From Candidatus Omnitrophota bacterium (GTDB lineage: Bacteria; Omnitrophota; Gorgyraeia; Gygaellales; Profunditerraquicolaceae): DNA of 64,000 bases. This document shows positions 1 to 9,716 of the stretch, piece by piece. The notes beneath the pieces were generated by a model. It had not been told where the DNA came from. It was given only the letters and a program-made list of their open reading frames with translations, and did not search any database. Each line of letters opens with the position of its first letter. The first letter of the stretch is position 1. The stretch spans positions 131,244 through 195,243 of the forward strand of contig JBAZKC010000001.1 in the NCBI GenBank assembly GCA_041651035.1. Direction: 5' to 3'. The position numbers and the translations under genes were made by a program.

Positions 1-641
1 CGCGCAGAGTCTCTTCAGCCGCCTTAAGGCCGAGCCTTGCCTGTTTTAAATTAGCGATATTAAAACCGCCGTCATAGATCACCTGGCTTAAGGCTGCGCC
101 CAGCGTATTATCGTTCTTATATCCGGTAAATACACCCGGGTCCTTTTTGCCGGTAGACAGCGCGGGGGCAACCGCTCCGTTACGGGTATAGCCGGAGCTT
201 ACATCAAGCTGCGGCAGGAATTCGCTTTTTGCTCCCAGGATATCCGCCCGGGCAACCATAAGTTCCTGCTCCTGTATCTGAATATCTTTATTATTCTTAA
301 AAGCGACAAGTATGGTATCCTCAAGCGTAAGCGGCTTATCCTGCGCCTGCAGGATCCCGGCGCATAAAAAAACCAGCGCCGCGCAAATAGCCGACGACTT
401 AGATACTATGCTTTTCAATTCATTATATATGGGACTGCTCTTATTGATACTAAAGAACCTGGCGTTGGCCTTGTATTCGCTTAAAAGCAAACCATCCTTA
501 TAAAGATTATTCAAAGCCCTCTGGAATACTCCTGGCTTTTTCCCCAGCTTGCGGCCTATCTCCTGGATATAAAATTGATTAGAGGGGTGTTCGTAAAAGA
601 ATTTGAGCAGTTTGAGCTTATTCTTGCTTAATAGCTTCATC
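1..641 (-). CDS. Partial CDS whose 3' end runs off the window. The N-terminal roughly 80 aa look like a winged-helix DNA-binding segment, followed by a hydrophobic segment and a TolC/OprM-like outer-membrane efflux domain.
   Basis: Hand translation of the minus strand from the ATG at 639-641 gives MKLLSKNKLKLLKFFYEHPSNQFYIQEIGRKLGKKPGVFQRALNNLYKDGLLL...SSAICAALVFLCAGILQAQDKPLTLEDTILVAFKNNKDIQIQEQELMVARADILGAKSEFLPQLDVSSGYTRNG..., which is TolC-like. It is absent from the ORF track because there is no in-window stop. Confidence 0.45.
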
Positions 642-662
642 TTTAATTACTGTATGCAGTAT

Positions 663-709
663 GCATATTAATATATGCTTTTGCATATGATTATATGCTC
701 TTTGCATAT
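663..709. promoter_or_regulatory. Cluster of three palindromic sites with ATATGC/GCATAT half-sites (GCATAT-taat-ATATGC, ATATGC-tttt-GCATAT, ATATGC-tcttt-GCATAT). Putative operator upstream of the gene starting at 641.
   Basis: Perfect inverted repeats can be read directly at 663-678, 673-688 and 693-709, immediately 5' of the minus-strand start codon at 641. Confidence 0.4.
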
Positions 710-719
710 ATTGTCAAGA

Positions 720-746
720 AAAAAATCAGCCCTTGCGGGCTGATCC
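720..746 (-). terminator. Intrinsic terminator downstream of gpmA
   Basis: The minus strand reads atcagccc-gcaa-gggctgat followed by a T7 run, directly after the gpmA stop at 757. Confidence 0.55.
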
Positions 747-756
747 TGCTATAAAT

Positions 757-1503
757 CTATTTTGCTTTCCCCTGGTTGGCGACCTTTTCCATTGCTTTCT
801 TAATATCTTCAGGATCTCCCAGATAATAGTTCCTGACCGGCTTTAATTCATCGCTAAGTTCATAAACAAGAGGGATGCCGGTAGGAATATTCAGTTTTAC
901 GATTTCCTCGTCAGAGACATTATCAAGATATTTAACCAGCGCCCTTAAACTATTGCCATGGGCTGCGATAATAACTCTCTTACCTGCTTTGACCGCAGGA
1001 GCAATCGTCCCATGCCAAACAGGGAGAAACCTGGCTACGGTATCTTTTAAACATTCGGTGTGGGGAATATCTTTTTTATCCAGATCTTTATAACGGGGGT
1101 CCTGTCCGGGATACCTGGGGTCAGCCTCTTCTAAAGCCGGGGGACGGATATCATAACTCCTTCTCCAGATCAAAACCTGATCCTCTCCGTATTTGGCGGC
1201 CGTTTCAGATTTATTAAGCCCCTGCAAGGAACCATAATGCCTTTCGTTCAACCTCCAGGAATTTTCTACCGGTATCCACATCAAATCCATTTCTTCCAGC
1301 GCCAGCCATAAAGTCCTGATCGCCCTCTTTAATACCGAAGTATAGGCTATATCAAAAATAAAACCTTCCTTCTTCAATACCTGCCCCGCCCTTTTTGCTT
1401 CCTCCCTCCCCTTGTCAGACAGATCAACATCCGTCCAACCCGTAAATCTATTCTCCTTATTCCAGGTACTTTCACCGTGCCTTAAAAGAACTATCTTCTT
1501 CAT
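757..1503 (-). CDS. gpmA: 2,3-bisphosphoglycerate-dependent phosphoglycerate mutase
   Basis: 248 aa. Has the [10 protein letters not shown] histidine-phosphatase motif, RTLWLALEE and the [12 protein letters not shown]-terminal motif. Typical dPGM length. Confidence 0.93.
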   Translation of the reverse strand: MKKIVLLRHGESTWNKENRFTGWTDVDLSDKGREEAKRAGQVLKKEGFIFDIAYTSVLKRAIRTLWLALEEMDLMWIPVENSWRLNERHYGSLQGLNKSETAAKYGEDQVLIWRRSYDIRPPALEEADPRYPGQDPRYKDLDKKDIPHTECLKDTVARFLPVWHGTIAPAVKAGKRVIIAAHGNSLRALVKYLDNVSDEEIVKLNIPTGIPLVYELSDELKPVRNYYLGDPEDIKKAMEKVANQGKAK

Positions 1504-1616
1504 TTTTACTGCTCCCTTTTCCTATTTTTACTCTATTCTTTAAAATACATCTAAACTTAAACTCGCCGTTTACCAGTATGTATTATAAAGATGAATGCGG
1601 GGATTATCAAGAAATT

Positions 1617-2363
1617 TCAATAAGTACTTTTTCTTTTTAACACTTCTTCCTTTAATGGATATTTTTTGCAAGTAAATTTTACGCCTTCCGGGCAATACCC
1701 CAAGGTAACGCATTTTGCCCCGGAATTATTAAAAACAGCAGGCAGCTTCTGTTTGCATATCTTCAATATCTCTTCGGCAAGCCGCCTGATCTCCCATTGC
1801 GCCCGGCTGCAGCAACGCTCTTTAAAAAAATGCATCAATTCCCGGCAGTTCATGGTAACTACTATCTTGGTTTCCGCCGCCTGCGGCAGGACAAAACGCG
1901 CGTCCTGATTAGCGCTTTCGCCTTTTTTGCCTTTTTTCTCAAAATATTCCAAAAGGCTGTTATAACTTTCCTGTATCTTCCGCATGGTATTAATATATTC
2001 TTTTTTCATCTCTTCATTTGATTCTATTGACGGCGGGATAACATAATCGAAGTCCGATTCTTTAACGTAGCGCTGGCTCTGCTGTGAATACGAAGCGATC
2101 CTGTGCCTGACTAATTGATGCGTCAGCGCCCTGGACACCCCCTCTATGGCAAAAGTAAATTTTACATGTTCAAGAGGGCTTTCGTGGCCTGAAGAAACAA
2201 CCTGCTTTACAAAATCTTCCTGCTTCTTCGGATCTTTCCCTTCTTCCGTAAATACCTGCCCGGCAAAATCCGCCGAATAACACTGCCGGCACGCCGCGTA
2301 TATTATAGACAAGGCATTTTCTGAAAGATCCAGAAGCTCTACGCGTAATTTAGCCTGCGCCAT
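1617..2363 (-). CDS. thyX: FAD-dependent thymidylate synthase ThyX
   Basis: 248 aa. Has the ThyX signature RHRIASYSQQSQRY (the RHR..S motif) and the EHVKFTF/VSR motifs. Confidence 0.92.
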   Translation of the reverse strand: MAQAKLRVELLDLSENALSIIYAACRQCYSADFAGQVFTEEGKDPKKQEDFVKQVVSSGHESPLEHVKFTFAIEGVSRALTHQLVRHRIASYSQQSQRYVKESDFDYVIPPSIESNEEMKKEYINTMRKIQESYNSLLEYFEKKGKKGESANQDARFVLPQAAETKIVVTMNCRELMHFFKERCCSRAQWEIRRLAEEILKICKQKLPAVFNNSGAKCVTLGYCPEGVKFTCKKYPLKEEVLKRKSTY

Positions 2364-2978
2364 TTACCTGACCTCCTTTTTATTTAAGGAAAACACGATC
2401 GCTACTTCCATACCCACAGATGAACTGCCTATATTTCCCGGGACAGAAGGAAAAGGGCTGGCTCTTTTTACGGTAGCAACCGCTTCTTCATCAAGAATAC
2501 CTGAACCTGACGAACGGATTATAGTTATATCCCTGCTTAGGCCGTTGGATAAAACGGTAAAATAAAGACGCGTTATTCCCTCTATCCCCTGTTTCTTCGC
2601 CCAGGCAGGATATCTTCTGGCTTCTTCTATTCTCTGCTTTACCACATCCTGGTAACGAAGCATTGCCGCGTCAAAAGGTTTAGTTACCTTGACCTTTTCC
2701 TCCGAGGTAACCTGTTCTAAGGCATCTCTAACCCGGGATTGCTGTTTAAATTCCCGTTGCTCTAATTCTTCTTTTACCTCTTTAAGTTTTTTCTCCGGGC
2801 CCAGCGTATCAATTTTCGGCAAAAGCGCCGGCTTCTCTGTCTCAAATATAACCGTGATCTCTTTCGGCTTTTTCTCCTGAACAGGCAGGCGCCAAGCAAA
2901 CCCTGTAGCTCCTAGGAAGAGACAGTGGCCGGAAAAAGAAATTAAGAAAGCTGCCCTTAATACACTATCACCTAACAT
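2364..2978 (-). CDS. tonB: TonB-family energy transducer
   Basis: 204 aa. N-terminal membrane anchor, a charged Glu/Lys-rich linker, and a C-terminal TonB domain (YPAWAKKQGIEGITRLYFTVLSNG...SSGSGILDEEAVATVKRASPFPSVP). Confidence 0.8.
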   Translation of the reverse strand: MLGDSVLRAAFLISFSGHCLFLGATGFAWRLPVQEKKPKEITVIFETEKPALLPKIDTLGPEKKLKEVKEELEQREFKQQSRVRDALEQVTSEEKVKVTKPFDAAMLRYQDVVKQRIEEARRYPAWAKKQGIEGITRLYFTVLSNGLSRDITIIRSSGSGILDEEAVATVKRASPFPSVPGNIGSSSVGMEVAIVFSLNKKEVR

Positions 2979-3387
2979 TTTCTTTTGTCTGGGTAGAAAT
3001 AACTACTCCCTCTGCCTGCGCCTGTTTGGCGATATCCATGACTTTTACCGCTAAGCCGAGGCTAACTTTCTCATCGGATCTTAAGATAACATTTTTCTTC
3101 CGGCTGGCAGCCAATCTTTCCTTTAATGCGCCCCTTAACTCATCAATACCCATTTTTCTGTTATCCAGAAAAATTTCATTCTCCGGGCTTATAGAAACAA
3201 TAATATTATCTTCCTGGGAGGCGGTTATTTTTGCCGCGGGCAAAGTTACTTTTATCCCCGTATGCCTGGCAAAGGTATAAAGCAGGCTAAAGGAAATAAA
3301 AAAGAAAATGAACATATTTAATACTATATCGGTCATCACCACGGATTCCAGGCTCAGCATATATCCTCTTCGGGGGGTTATCTTCAT
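2968..3387 (-). CDS. exbD: Biopolymer transport protein ExbD/TolR
   Basis: 139 aa. Single N-terminal TM helix and an ExbD-like periplasmic domain (ITPLVDVxLVLL-type region, here LNMFIFFFIS...IIVSISPENEIFL). Overlaps exbB and tonB. Confidence 0.88.
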   Translation of the reverse strand: MKITPRRGYMLSLESVVMTDIVLNMFIFFFISFSLLYTFARHTGIKVTLPAAKITASQEDNIIVSISPENEIFLDNRKMGIDELRGALKERLAASRKKNVILRSDEKVSLGLAVKVMDIAKQAQAEGVVISTQTKENVR

Positions 3388-4010
3388 TTAGAAGGCTCTT
3401 CCTTTGTCTCGGCAATTACTTCCAGCAGCTGAATACAGTGATTAGTAAAGTCGTTTGCGGTAATTTTTATACGGCTGATAAAATAGTTATAACAAAGATA
3501 GAGCGGAATGGCAACTATTAATCCGGCAGCAGTGGTGATCATGGCTTCGTAGATCCCGCCTGCCAAGGCATTTACTGTAATATCAGCACCCGCTTTTTCC
3601 CAGGACATAAAAGCGCGGATCAGGCCGGTAATGGTGCCTAAGAACCCCAATAACGGCTCAATGCCGATTATGGAAACCAGGACTCCCAAATACTTTTCCA
3701 TTTTTTGGACCTGATTATTTCCTGCCTGTTCCAGGATCTTCTCTAATCTGCCTAGGGGAAGATTACGTCTTTCTATGCCTATCTTAAATACCGCTGCCAA
3801 AGGATTATGGTTATATTTATTGCATAATTCCAGCGCGTTATTTACCTTACCTGCCTTTAAATCCCTAAGAATATCCTGGACAAACTCAAAAGCATTTAAC
3901 TTCAACTGACGGAAACCCCAGAATTTAAATATGACTATTGTAAAGCCTATGACTGAGCCTGCCGCGATCGGCCACATCAACGGGCCGCCCTTTAGAAATA
4001 AATTAAACAT
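3384..4010 (-). CDS. exbB: MotA/TolQ/ExbB proton-channel protein
   Basis: 208 aa. Three TM helices and the conserved GLLGTVxGM-like motif (GFLGTITGLIRAF). Confidence 0.9.
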   Translation of the reverse strand: MFNLFLKGGPLMWPIAAGSVIGFTIVIFKFWGFRQLKLNAFEFVQDILRDLKAGKVNNALELCNKYNHNPLAAVFKIGIERRNLPLGRLEKILEQAGNNQVQKMEKYLGVLVSIIGIEPLLGFLGTITGLIRAFMSWEKAGADITVNALAGGIYEAMITTAAGLIVAIPLYLCYNYFISRIKITANDFTNHCIQLLEVIAETKEEPSK

Positions 4011-4024
4011 TTTTCCTCCTGCTT

Positions 4025-5926
4025 TTAGAAGCTACCCTTTATGCCAGCATAAACTGAACGTCCCAATGTCTCATAACCAGAGACTTCCTGATATTGTTTA
4101 TCGAATAAATTCTCGATTCTGCCAAAAACCTGGAAATTCTTGGTTATATCGTAAGAGGCGGCCAGACGGACAACGGTATAAGCTTTATCAGTTACGCTAT
4201 TGTAATCTGAATCCCTACGTTTGCCTACATAATTAAGGCCTAAATTTAGATTAGCGTTAGGCAGAAAACCCCAATCGGCAGAGAAACTAGCCTGTCTTTT
4301 TGGACGCCTTGCTAAGGTAAGGCCGGTTTCTTTATCTTCCGTATCGGTATAAGTAAAATTGGCCCCGAGGGTAAGGTTTCCCAGTGGTCTGAACTTTGCT
4401 CCGATTTCAAAACCCTTGGCCGTAGCTTTATCTACGTTCATATATTTATAAATATATGAACCCATATCGGTCCAGGTAATCATATTCTTGAAATCATTAT
4501 GGAAATACGTCAGGTCAAAAGATAACTTGTCCTTAAAGAAATCCTGCTCAAAACCAAAATCATAACTATTGCTTTCCTCCGGCTTAAGATCAAGATTTCC
4601 ATAACCTGAATAAAGCTGATAGAGAGTAGGAGCTTTAAAGCCAGTGCCCCAGTTCGCTTTTAACCGCGTAGCTGTTTGCGAAATAATATAGGCTGTAGAT
4701 ATCTTATACGTAGTCTCGCTTCCGAATATATCATGGTCGTCAATCCTTATTCCAGGGGTAATAAAGAGCTTATCCCATGCTTTTAATTGATCCTGTAAAT
4801 AATACCCCCAGTTATCCACGCTTTTTCTGTCTTGTTTAACTGAAGAACCCCAAGGATCAGGATTGACATAGTAATAAGATGAACCTGCTTCGTTTTCGTA
4901 CTCAAGGCCTGCAGTCAGCATATTCCATTTTACGGGAGAAAAATTATGCTGCCACTCAATTTTTTTATTACTGCCCTTATACCAGTCATTAATACTATCC
5001 TCATAAACCGGATCCCATTCTTTTTTATCTTTTCTGCGTATATCATGGTAAGAAAAAGACAGGGCATGCGTCCACCAGGAATTTATGGATTGGTCAAATG
5101 TAAACTTAGTAGCAAGGTCTTTTGACCAGCTAGTATGATTGGAAACATCCTTATTGGCGGCATAATCAATGGAAGCTACGGAATCTGTATAATTGGCAGT
5201 TAAACTTAACTCGGCGCTATCCAAAACCTTATATCCTACCCTGGAAGAAATAGAGGTATTATGATACGGGTCTTTTTCTGAACCTCCTGTTGCCGCCGAG
5301 ATTCCGCCGGAATCAAGACGTGAAGCGGATAAGGAATAATTAAATTTATCGGTTTTTCCGCTGGAGGACAGACTTTCCCTGAAAGTATTATGCGCGCCAC
5401 CTTCAAAATAACCTTCAACCTTGGGCTTACCCTTGCCCTTCTTGGTAATAATATTGATTACGCCAGCCATAGCATCGGAACCGTAAAGAGTTGACTGCGG
5501 CCCCCGTACCACTTCAATGCGTTCAATATTATCAGTAGTCAAATCCGCAAAATTAAATGACCTGCCGGCTTCAATCGGATCGTTCATCTCAACTCCATCG
5601 ATCATTACCAGGGTCTGCCCTGACCCTGCGCCTCGCAAATAAACAGACGTCTGGCCTCCCTGCGCGCCGCTTTGCATAACGGTAAGCCCGGGAACATCAC
5701 GCAAAACTTCTTGAACGCTGCGTTTGCCGGTTTTTGCGATATCCTCAGCCGTAATAACGGTAGTTGAGCTCCCTATTTCAGCCTGATAAATCTCTGTTTT
5801 TGTAGCGGAGACAATTACATTACCCAGATCGTATTTAACCACACTATCTTCCTGTTCCTGGGCCCAAACCTGGCTAGATACCAACAGAATCGCCAAAACA
5901 ATAAGACTTCTCATCTTCTTTTTCAT
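4025..5926 (-). CDS. TonB-dependent outer-membrane receptor, BtuB-like. Likely a corrinoid transporter given the upstream cobalamin riboswitch. The start codon I chose lies inside the longer ORF on the supplied track.
   Basis: Signal peptide MKKKMRSLIVLAILLVSSQVWAQ preceded by GGAGG. TonB box/plug region DSVVKYDLGNVIVSATK...NIERIEVVRGPQSTLYG. A long beta-barrel with the C-terminal aromatic residue (...GIKGSF). The ORF-track start at 6010 adds 28 non-signal residues. Confidence 0.85.
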   Translation of the reverse strand: MKKKMRSLIVLAILLVSSQVWAQEQEDSVVKYDLGNVIVSATKTEIYQAEIGSSTTVITAEDIAKTGKRSVQEVLRDVPGLTVMQSGAQGGQTSVYLRGAGSGQTLVMIDGVEMNDPIEAGRSFNFADLTTDNIERIEVVRGPQSTLYGSDAMAGVINIITKKGKGKPKVEGYFEGGAHNTFRESLSSSGKTDKFNYSLSASRLDSGGISAATGGSEKDPYHNTSISSRVGYKVLDSAELSLTANYTDSVASIDYAANKDVSNHTSWSKDLATKFTFDQSINSWWTHALSFSYHDIRRKDKKEWDPVYEDSINDWYKGSNKKIEWQHNFSPVKWNMLTAGLEYENEAGSSYYYVNPDPWGSSVKQDRKSVDNWGYYLQDQLKAWDKLFITPGIRIDDHDIFGSETTYKISTAYIISQTATRLKANWGTGFKAPTLYQLYSGYGNLDLKPEESNSYDFGFEQDFFKDKLSFDLTYFHNDFKNMITWTDMGSYIYKYMNVDKATAKGFEIGAKFRPLGNLTLGANFTYTDTEDKETGLTLARRPKRQASFSADWGFLPNANLNLGLNYVGKRRDSDYNSVTDKAYTVVRLAASYDITKNFQVFGRIENLFDKQYQEVSGYETLGRSVYAGIKGSF

Positions 5927-6070
5927 CTCTTCTCCTCCCGCGAGAATATTTACCTGCCGAAGCTTTAGCGAAGGCAGGCTTCCCCGTAATAGGCAATCGT
6001 CCGGGCTCATAAAAGCAGTAATTAGGGATTAGTAGATAGGAATCAGGGTCTAAATTTAAAAGTTTCAACC

Positions 6071-6098
6071 CTACATACTATCTACTACATACTATCTA
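6071..6098. repeat. Perfect 14-nt tandem direct repeat (ctacatactatcta, two copies) inside the long 5' leader between the riboswitch and the receptor gene
   Basis: Read directly from the sequence. Confidence 0.6.
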
Positions 6099-6339
6099 CT
6101 GTAATTATATTACCGTTGCGGGGCAGCGGAAGGGATCATACACCTTCACTTCCTTTGCCTATACGGAAAATAAATTATCAACTAATCATAACAATAAACC
6201 ATTTCCGGTTTATCAGGTAACTCTAAAATATCCCTTTGGCACCTCCTTTCTTCCTAACATAACAAACCATACAAAACAAAAAATCCCTAAGCCCTCTTTT
6301 TCAAGAACCTAAGGATTGCGCCCTGTTTAACTTAATCCT

Positions 6340-6500
6340 TCTTTCGAGGGGACGAATACACAGGCAGGTCTTCTGGCTTCCGGATCGGCCTACTCACCAA
6401 GCCTTCCCATCTAAAGAACTCACGATAGTGGCTAGTTACGGCTTTCGTCCCCGGTTACAGCGGCGGGACCGCGCTTGCTTTTACAAGCTTCCCTTTTATC
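6340..6500 (-). promoter_or_regulatory. Cobalamin (adenosylcobalamin) riboswitch, copy 1. It is 5' of the TonB-dependent receptor, exbB, exbD, tonB, thyX operon.
   Basis: The minus strand contains the CGCCGCUGUAACCGGGGACGAAAGCC core, GCCACU...GGGAAGGC and a B12 box AAGCCAGAAGACCUGCC. A near-identical paralogous copy lies at 58835-58980 upstream of the cob operon. Confidence 0.85.
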
Positions 6501-6733
6501 CTGCGAACAGGACCTGTATATATACAAAAACCCAACCTCCTTAATAGAGACTGGGTCAAATAATCTTTCTTGCTAAGACTATTTTCAGCACCTCTATTCC
6601 CGGAGGCCTTCGTGTTCTGACTTGCCGGCCGTCTTTAAACGCCGGCACACAGTTGCGGGTACAGTTACGGATTCTCACCGAATTCCCTGCAAAATCTGAC
6701 TTAATTAAAACACGCGCCTTCCTATTTGTCAAG

Positions 6734-8551
6734 TTAATTATAAGAAGGCCTTTTCTTAAACAGGATCTTTTTGAGCCCGGGGTTTTCCACTAAACTTCCG
6801 TAATGAAAAATAACACACGACCCTCCGGACTCTTCTACATCCTGGAATTCACGGTTAAATATTTCAGGCGCCTTGACGAGTTTGTAAGCCCCGATACCGA
6901 TCTTAAGCTTGGATAGATCCGGGGTCTTTTCCTTAGCTAAAGCGATCCAACGCTTAAATTCATCGGGTTCGGGAGAATAATTCATGACCGTCACAAAATC
7001 AACCAGCCCGCGGGAAATCCATGACGGCCAATCCTGATAAGCCTCATAGTAAGCGCGCGAATACGGCATACATCCGGTTGCCGAAACCTGGATGCCCGGC
7101 CGGATAGACCGCGCCGTTTTAACCAGAGCAGCCAATAATTCCGTTACCTGTCCGCGTTTCCAATCTTTCCAGTCCTGCCCATCTTCATTAATAACTTTAA
7201 ATCCGGTTGTTTTCTTAAACCGTTTAATATTATTTTCCGTATATCCATAATGAGGCTCCATATCGGGATAACGGATATAATCAAATTGGATGCCGTCTAA
7301 ATCAGGATACGCGCGCAGTATCTCGCCGACTATTTTCAACAAATCCTCTCTCACCCGCGGATCTCCCGGCTCAAGAAAATACTGTTCGTCAATTAAATAA
7401 TCCGTAAGCTTTTCTTTGCTTTTTAAGTTTCTGGTTAATATATCGGGCCCGTATTTCTTAAGGAACGCCGCATCCTGGTTCTCTGCCAGGCTTAAAAGGT
7501 TAACCCAGGCGTGGACCTGTATTCCCTGCCGGTGCGCCTTTCTGATAAGCAGAGCGAAAGGGTCTTCGGACATACTCTTAAGGCATTCTTTATACGAGGA
7601 AGAGTCTGCTATTTCCGACGGAAACCATGCCTTATTCTGGCGATAGACCTGCACAAAGAGCGTATTGACGCCGGCCTGCCTGGCAAAATGGATCAACTTG
7701 TTAATTTCTTTCCTGCTGGAAAGCACCGGAGGGTCTTGCAGGAGGGAAACAAAAAGGTTTGCAGGTGCAGGCTTACTGCTGCCGCAGGCTCTGGCGATAT
7801 TCTTAAGTTTATCATCACCTTCAACGGCATAACGGGGTAACGTATAGGATTCATCATTGCGAAAAATATACCCGCCATTTAAACCGTTTACAGTTACCGC
7901 TCCTTCGAATCCCGCGGCCTTAGCCATAGAGATCACTTCACGGCTATAAGTGCCAAAAGGATAAGCAAAGACCAACGCTGGTTTATTCAAGTGGCTCTCC
8001 AGGGCTTTTTTTGAATCAATAATCTCCTTTAAAGCAAGTTCCCGCGGTAGAAGTGGAAGCTTCTGATGAGAACTTGAATGCGGCTGGATATCCATACCGG
8101 AGGCGGACATTTCCCGTAACTGCTGCCAATTCATATAAGCAGAATGCCCTACGGAATCGGTAATAATAAAGAAGGTGGCGGAAAAATTGTATCTTTTTAG
8201 TATCGGAAGGGCCGCGTAATATTGATCCTTCCATCCATCATCGAACGAAAGGACTATTGGCTTAGCAGGCAACGGCAGGCCGTGCTTAAGATGCGCTATT
8301 AATTGCTCCATGGTGACCGGATGGAACCCCTGGGAGGCAAGCCATTGCATTTGTTTGTCAAATTTCTCCGGCGAAAGCGTCCAGCGTTGCTGTGAACGGC
8401 TGGCGCCATCCGGAAGCCGGGCGATATGATGATACAAGAGTATCGGCACACTAACCGGCTTCCCCGTAACCGAAGCAGCCCGATGACAAGGAGCATGCGC
8501 GCATCCCATAAAAACAACACTTATCGCCAAAACACTAAACAGCCGGATCAC
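6734..8551 (-). CDS. Lipoprotein with an N-terminal NodB/CE4 polysaccharide deacetylase domain and a C-terminal glycoside-hydrolase-like TIM-barrel domain (PgaB-like architecture)
   Basis: 605 aa. Lipobox signal MIRLFSVLAISVVFMGC. CE4 motifs (ILLYHHI, LSFDDGWKDQY, FSATFFI). The C-terminal half resembles GHL10/DUF4015-type hydrolase-like barrels. Confidence 0.7.
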   Translation of the reverse strand: MIRLFSVLAISVVFMGCAHAPCHRAASVTGKPVSVPILLYHHIARLPDGASRSQQRWTLSPEKFDKQMQWLASQGFHPVTMEQLIAHLKHGLPLPAKPIVLSFDDGWKDQYYAALPILKRYNFSATFFIITDSVGHSAYMNWQQLREMSASGMDIQPHSSSHQKLPLLPRELALKEIIDSKKALESHLNKPALVFAYPFGTYSREVISMAKAAGFEGAVTVNGLNGGYIFRNDESYTLPRYAVEGDDKLKNIARACGSSKPAPANLFVSLLQDPPVLSSRKEINKLIHFARQAGVNTLFVQVYRQNKAWFPSEIADSSSYKECLKSMSEDPFALLIRKAHRQGIQVHAWVNLLSLAENQDAAFLKKYGPDILTRNLKSKEKLTDYLIDEQYFLEPGDPRVREDLLKIVGEILRAYPDLDGIQFDYIRYPDMEPHYGYTENNIKRFKKTTGFKVINEDGQDWKDWKRGQVTELLAALVKTARSIRPGIQVSATGCMPYSRAYYEAYQDWPSWISRGLVDFVTVMNYSPEPDEFKRWIALAKEKTPDLSKLKIGIGAYKLVKAPEIFNREFQDVEESGGSCVIFHYGSLVENPGLKKILFKKRPSYN

Positions 8552-8582
8552 TGACTTGCCTTATTATCATATAAAAACTTAT

Positions 8583-9716
8583 TCATTTCTTCCCGCCTAT
8601 ATCCTTAAAAAGGGTTCTTATTATACCGAATTTATTCTTCATCCCGTAAGAACGATAAATACACATTATAAAATGTAACGCCGTAGGCAGCGCTCCTTTT
8701 AAGTTTACCCCCAGTACCATGCCGCAAGACCGGTTATTAGCCATAGGTATGATGTAGCCTAAATCTCGAGGCATGAATCTCTTCAGGCTTCTGCCTTTTA
8801 TGCTTTTTATTATATTAAGAGCGGCGCATTCGCCTTGCGTAATGGCAAATTGCACTGCCATTCTTAAAGAGCTTTCTTTATGGGTAAAGAATGCCGCGTC
8901 TCCTGCCGCGAAACAATTATCATTTATCCGCAAGTATTCGTCAACCTTGATCCTGCCCTGCGGATTTTTCCCTGATCTTAAATCCTGGATAAAACCCGCT
9001 GTTTTTACACCCGCGGCCCAGATCACCAAGGCATTATTAAAAGTCCTGCCTCCCAAAAGATAGACGCTGCGGCCATCAATCCTGTCAATCGCGCTGTTTG
9101 GGCAGATTTCCACGTTTAAGCATCTTAAATTAGCCGATACGTAATTTCTCATCCATTCCGGCAAAGAACCTAAAATCGCGCCCGCCCGCTCCACAATAAT
9201 TATCCCGCTGGCCCTTTTAATCTTGCCTAAATAAACTCTTAGGCTCGCGGCTATTTCAATACCGGTATAACCGCCGCCGCCGATGATAAAATTATCAAAT
9301 TCATGATACCTTAAGGTATCAACTATCCTCTTAGCGTCATAGGCGCTATCTAAAGTTAAGGAATTCTGCCTGATGCTCTCATTACCGTAAAAATTAGTCT
9401 CACAACCGCTGGCAATAACCAGATAATCGTAAGTTAAGGCCTGTTCTTTAGTCAAAACCTGCCGCCTGTCTAGATCAATTGAGGCCACCTCACCGCGGAT
9501 AAATTTGAACCCCAGCTTTTTGGCTATATTTTCTATCTTAAAAGATAAAAATTCCGGATCAATCTCCCTGCCTATACAATCAGGCAGCATCGGCAGGAAA
9601 TCAACGGCCTCTTTTTTATCTATGAGGACAATATCCAAATCCAGGTCTGATCTAGAAAGCCTGCTTGCGGCACTTATCCCCGCAAACCCTCCTCCTATAA
9701 TTAAGATATTAGTCAC
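8583..9716 (-). CDS. FAD-dependent pyridine-nucleotide disulfide oxidoreductase, type II NADH dehydrogenase (NDH-2) family
   Basis: 377 aa. N-terminal ILIIGGGFAGISAA Rossmann fold, a second GGGYTGIEIA dinucleotide-binding motif, and the AAGDAA motif. Confidence 0.75.
   Translation of the reverse strand: MTNILIIGGGFAGISAASRLSRSDLDLDIVLIDKKEAVDFLPMLPDCIGREIDPEFLSFKIENIAKKLGFKFIRGEVASIDLDRRQVLTKEQALTYDYLVIASGCETNFYGNESIRQNSLTLDSAYDAKRIVDTLRYHEFDNFIIGGGGYTGIEIAASLRVYLGKIKRASGIIIVERAGAILGSLPEWMRNYVSANLRCLNVEICPNSAIDRIDGRSVYLLGGRTFNNALVIWAAGVKTAGFIQDLRSGKNPQGRIKVDEYLRINDNCFAAGDAAFFTHKESSLRMAVQFAITQGECAALNIIKSIKGRSLKRFMPRDLGYIIPMANNRSCGMVLGVNLKGALPTALHFIMCIYRSYGMKNKFGIIRTLFKDIGGKK

Noticed and set aside
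875-1093. Plus-strand ORFs such as 875-1093, 1666-1908, 1797-2021, 2689-2880, 3026-3280, 3931-4236 and many similar ones embedded in minus-strand genes
   Set aside because: They lie antisense inside well-supported genes (gpmA, thyX, tonB, exbD, exbB and others) and have no RBS or recognisable domains. They are shadow ORFs.
5874-6068. ORF 5874-6068 (-) and the 28-aa N-terminal extension of the TonB-dependent receptor ORF up to 6010
   Set aside because: A clear signal peptide MKKKMRS... with GGAGG starts at 5926. The upstream stretch is leader sequence.
6600-6660. GC palindrome gccggccgtctttaaacgccggc downstream of the deacetylase gene, considered as an intrinsic terminator
   Set aside because: No U-tract follows on the transcribed strand. 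Left unannotated.
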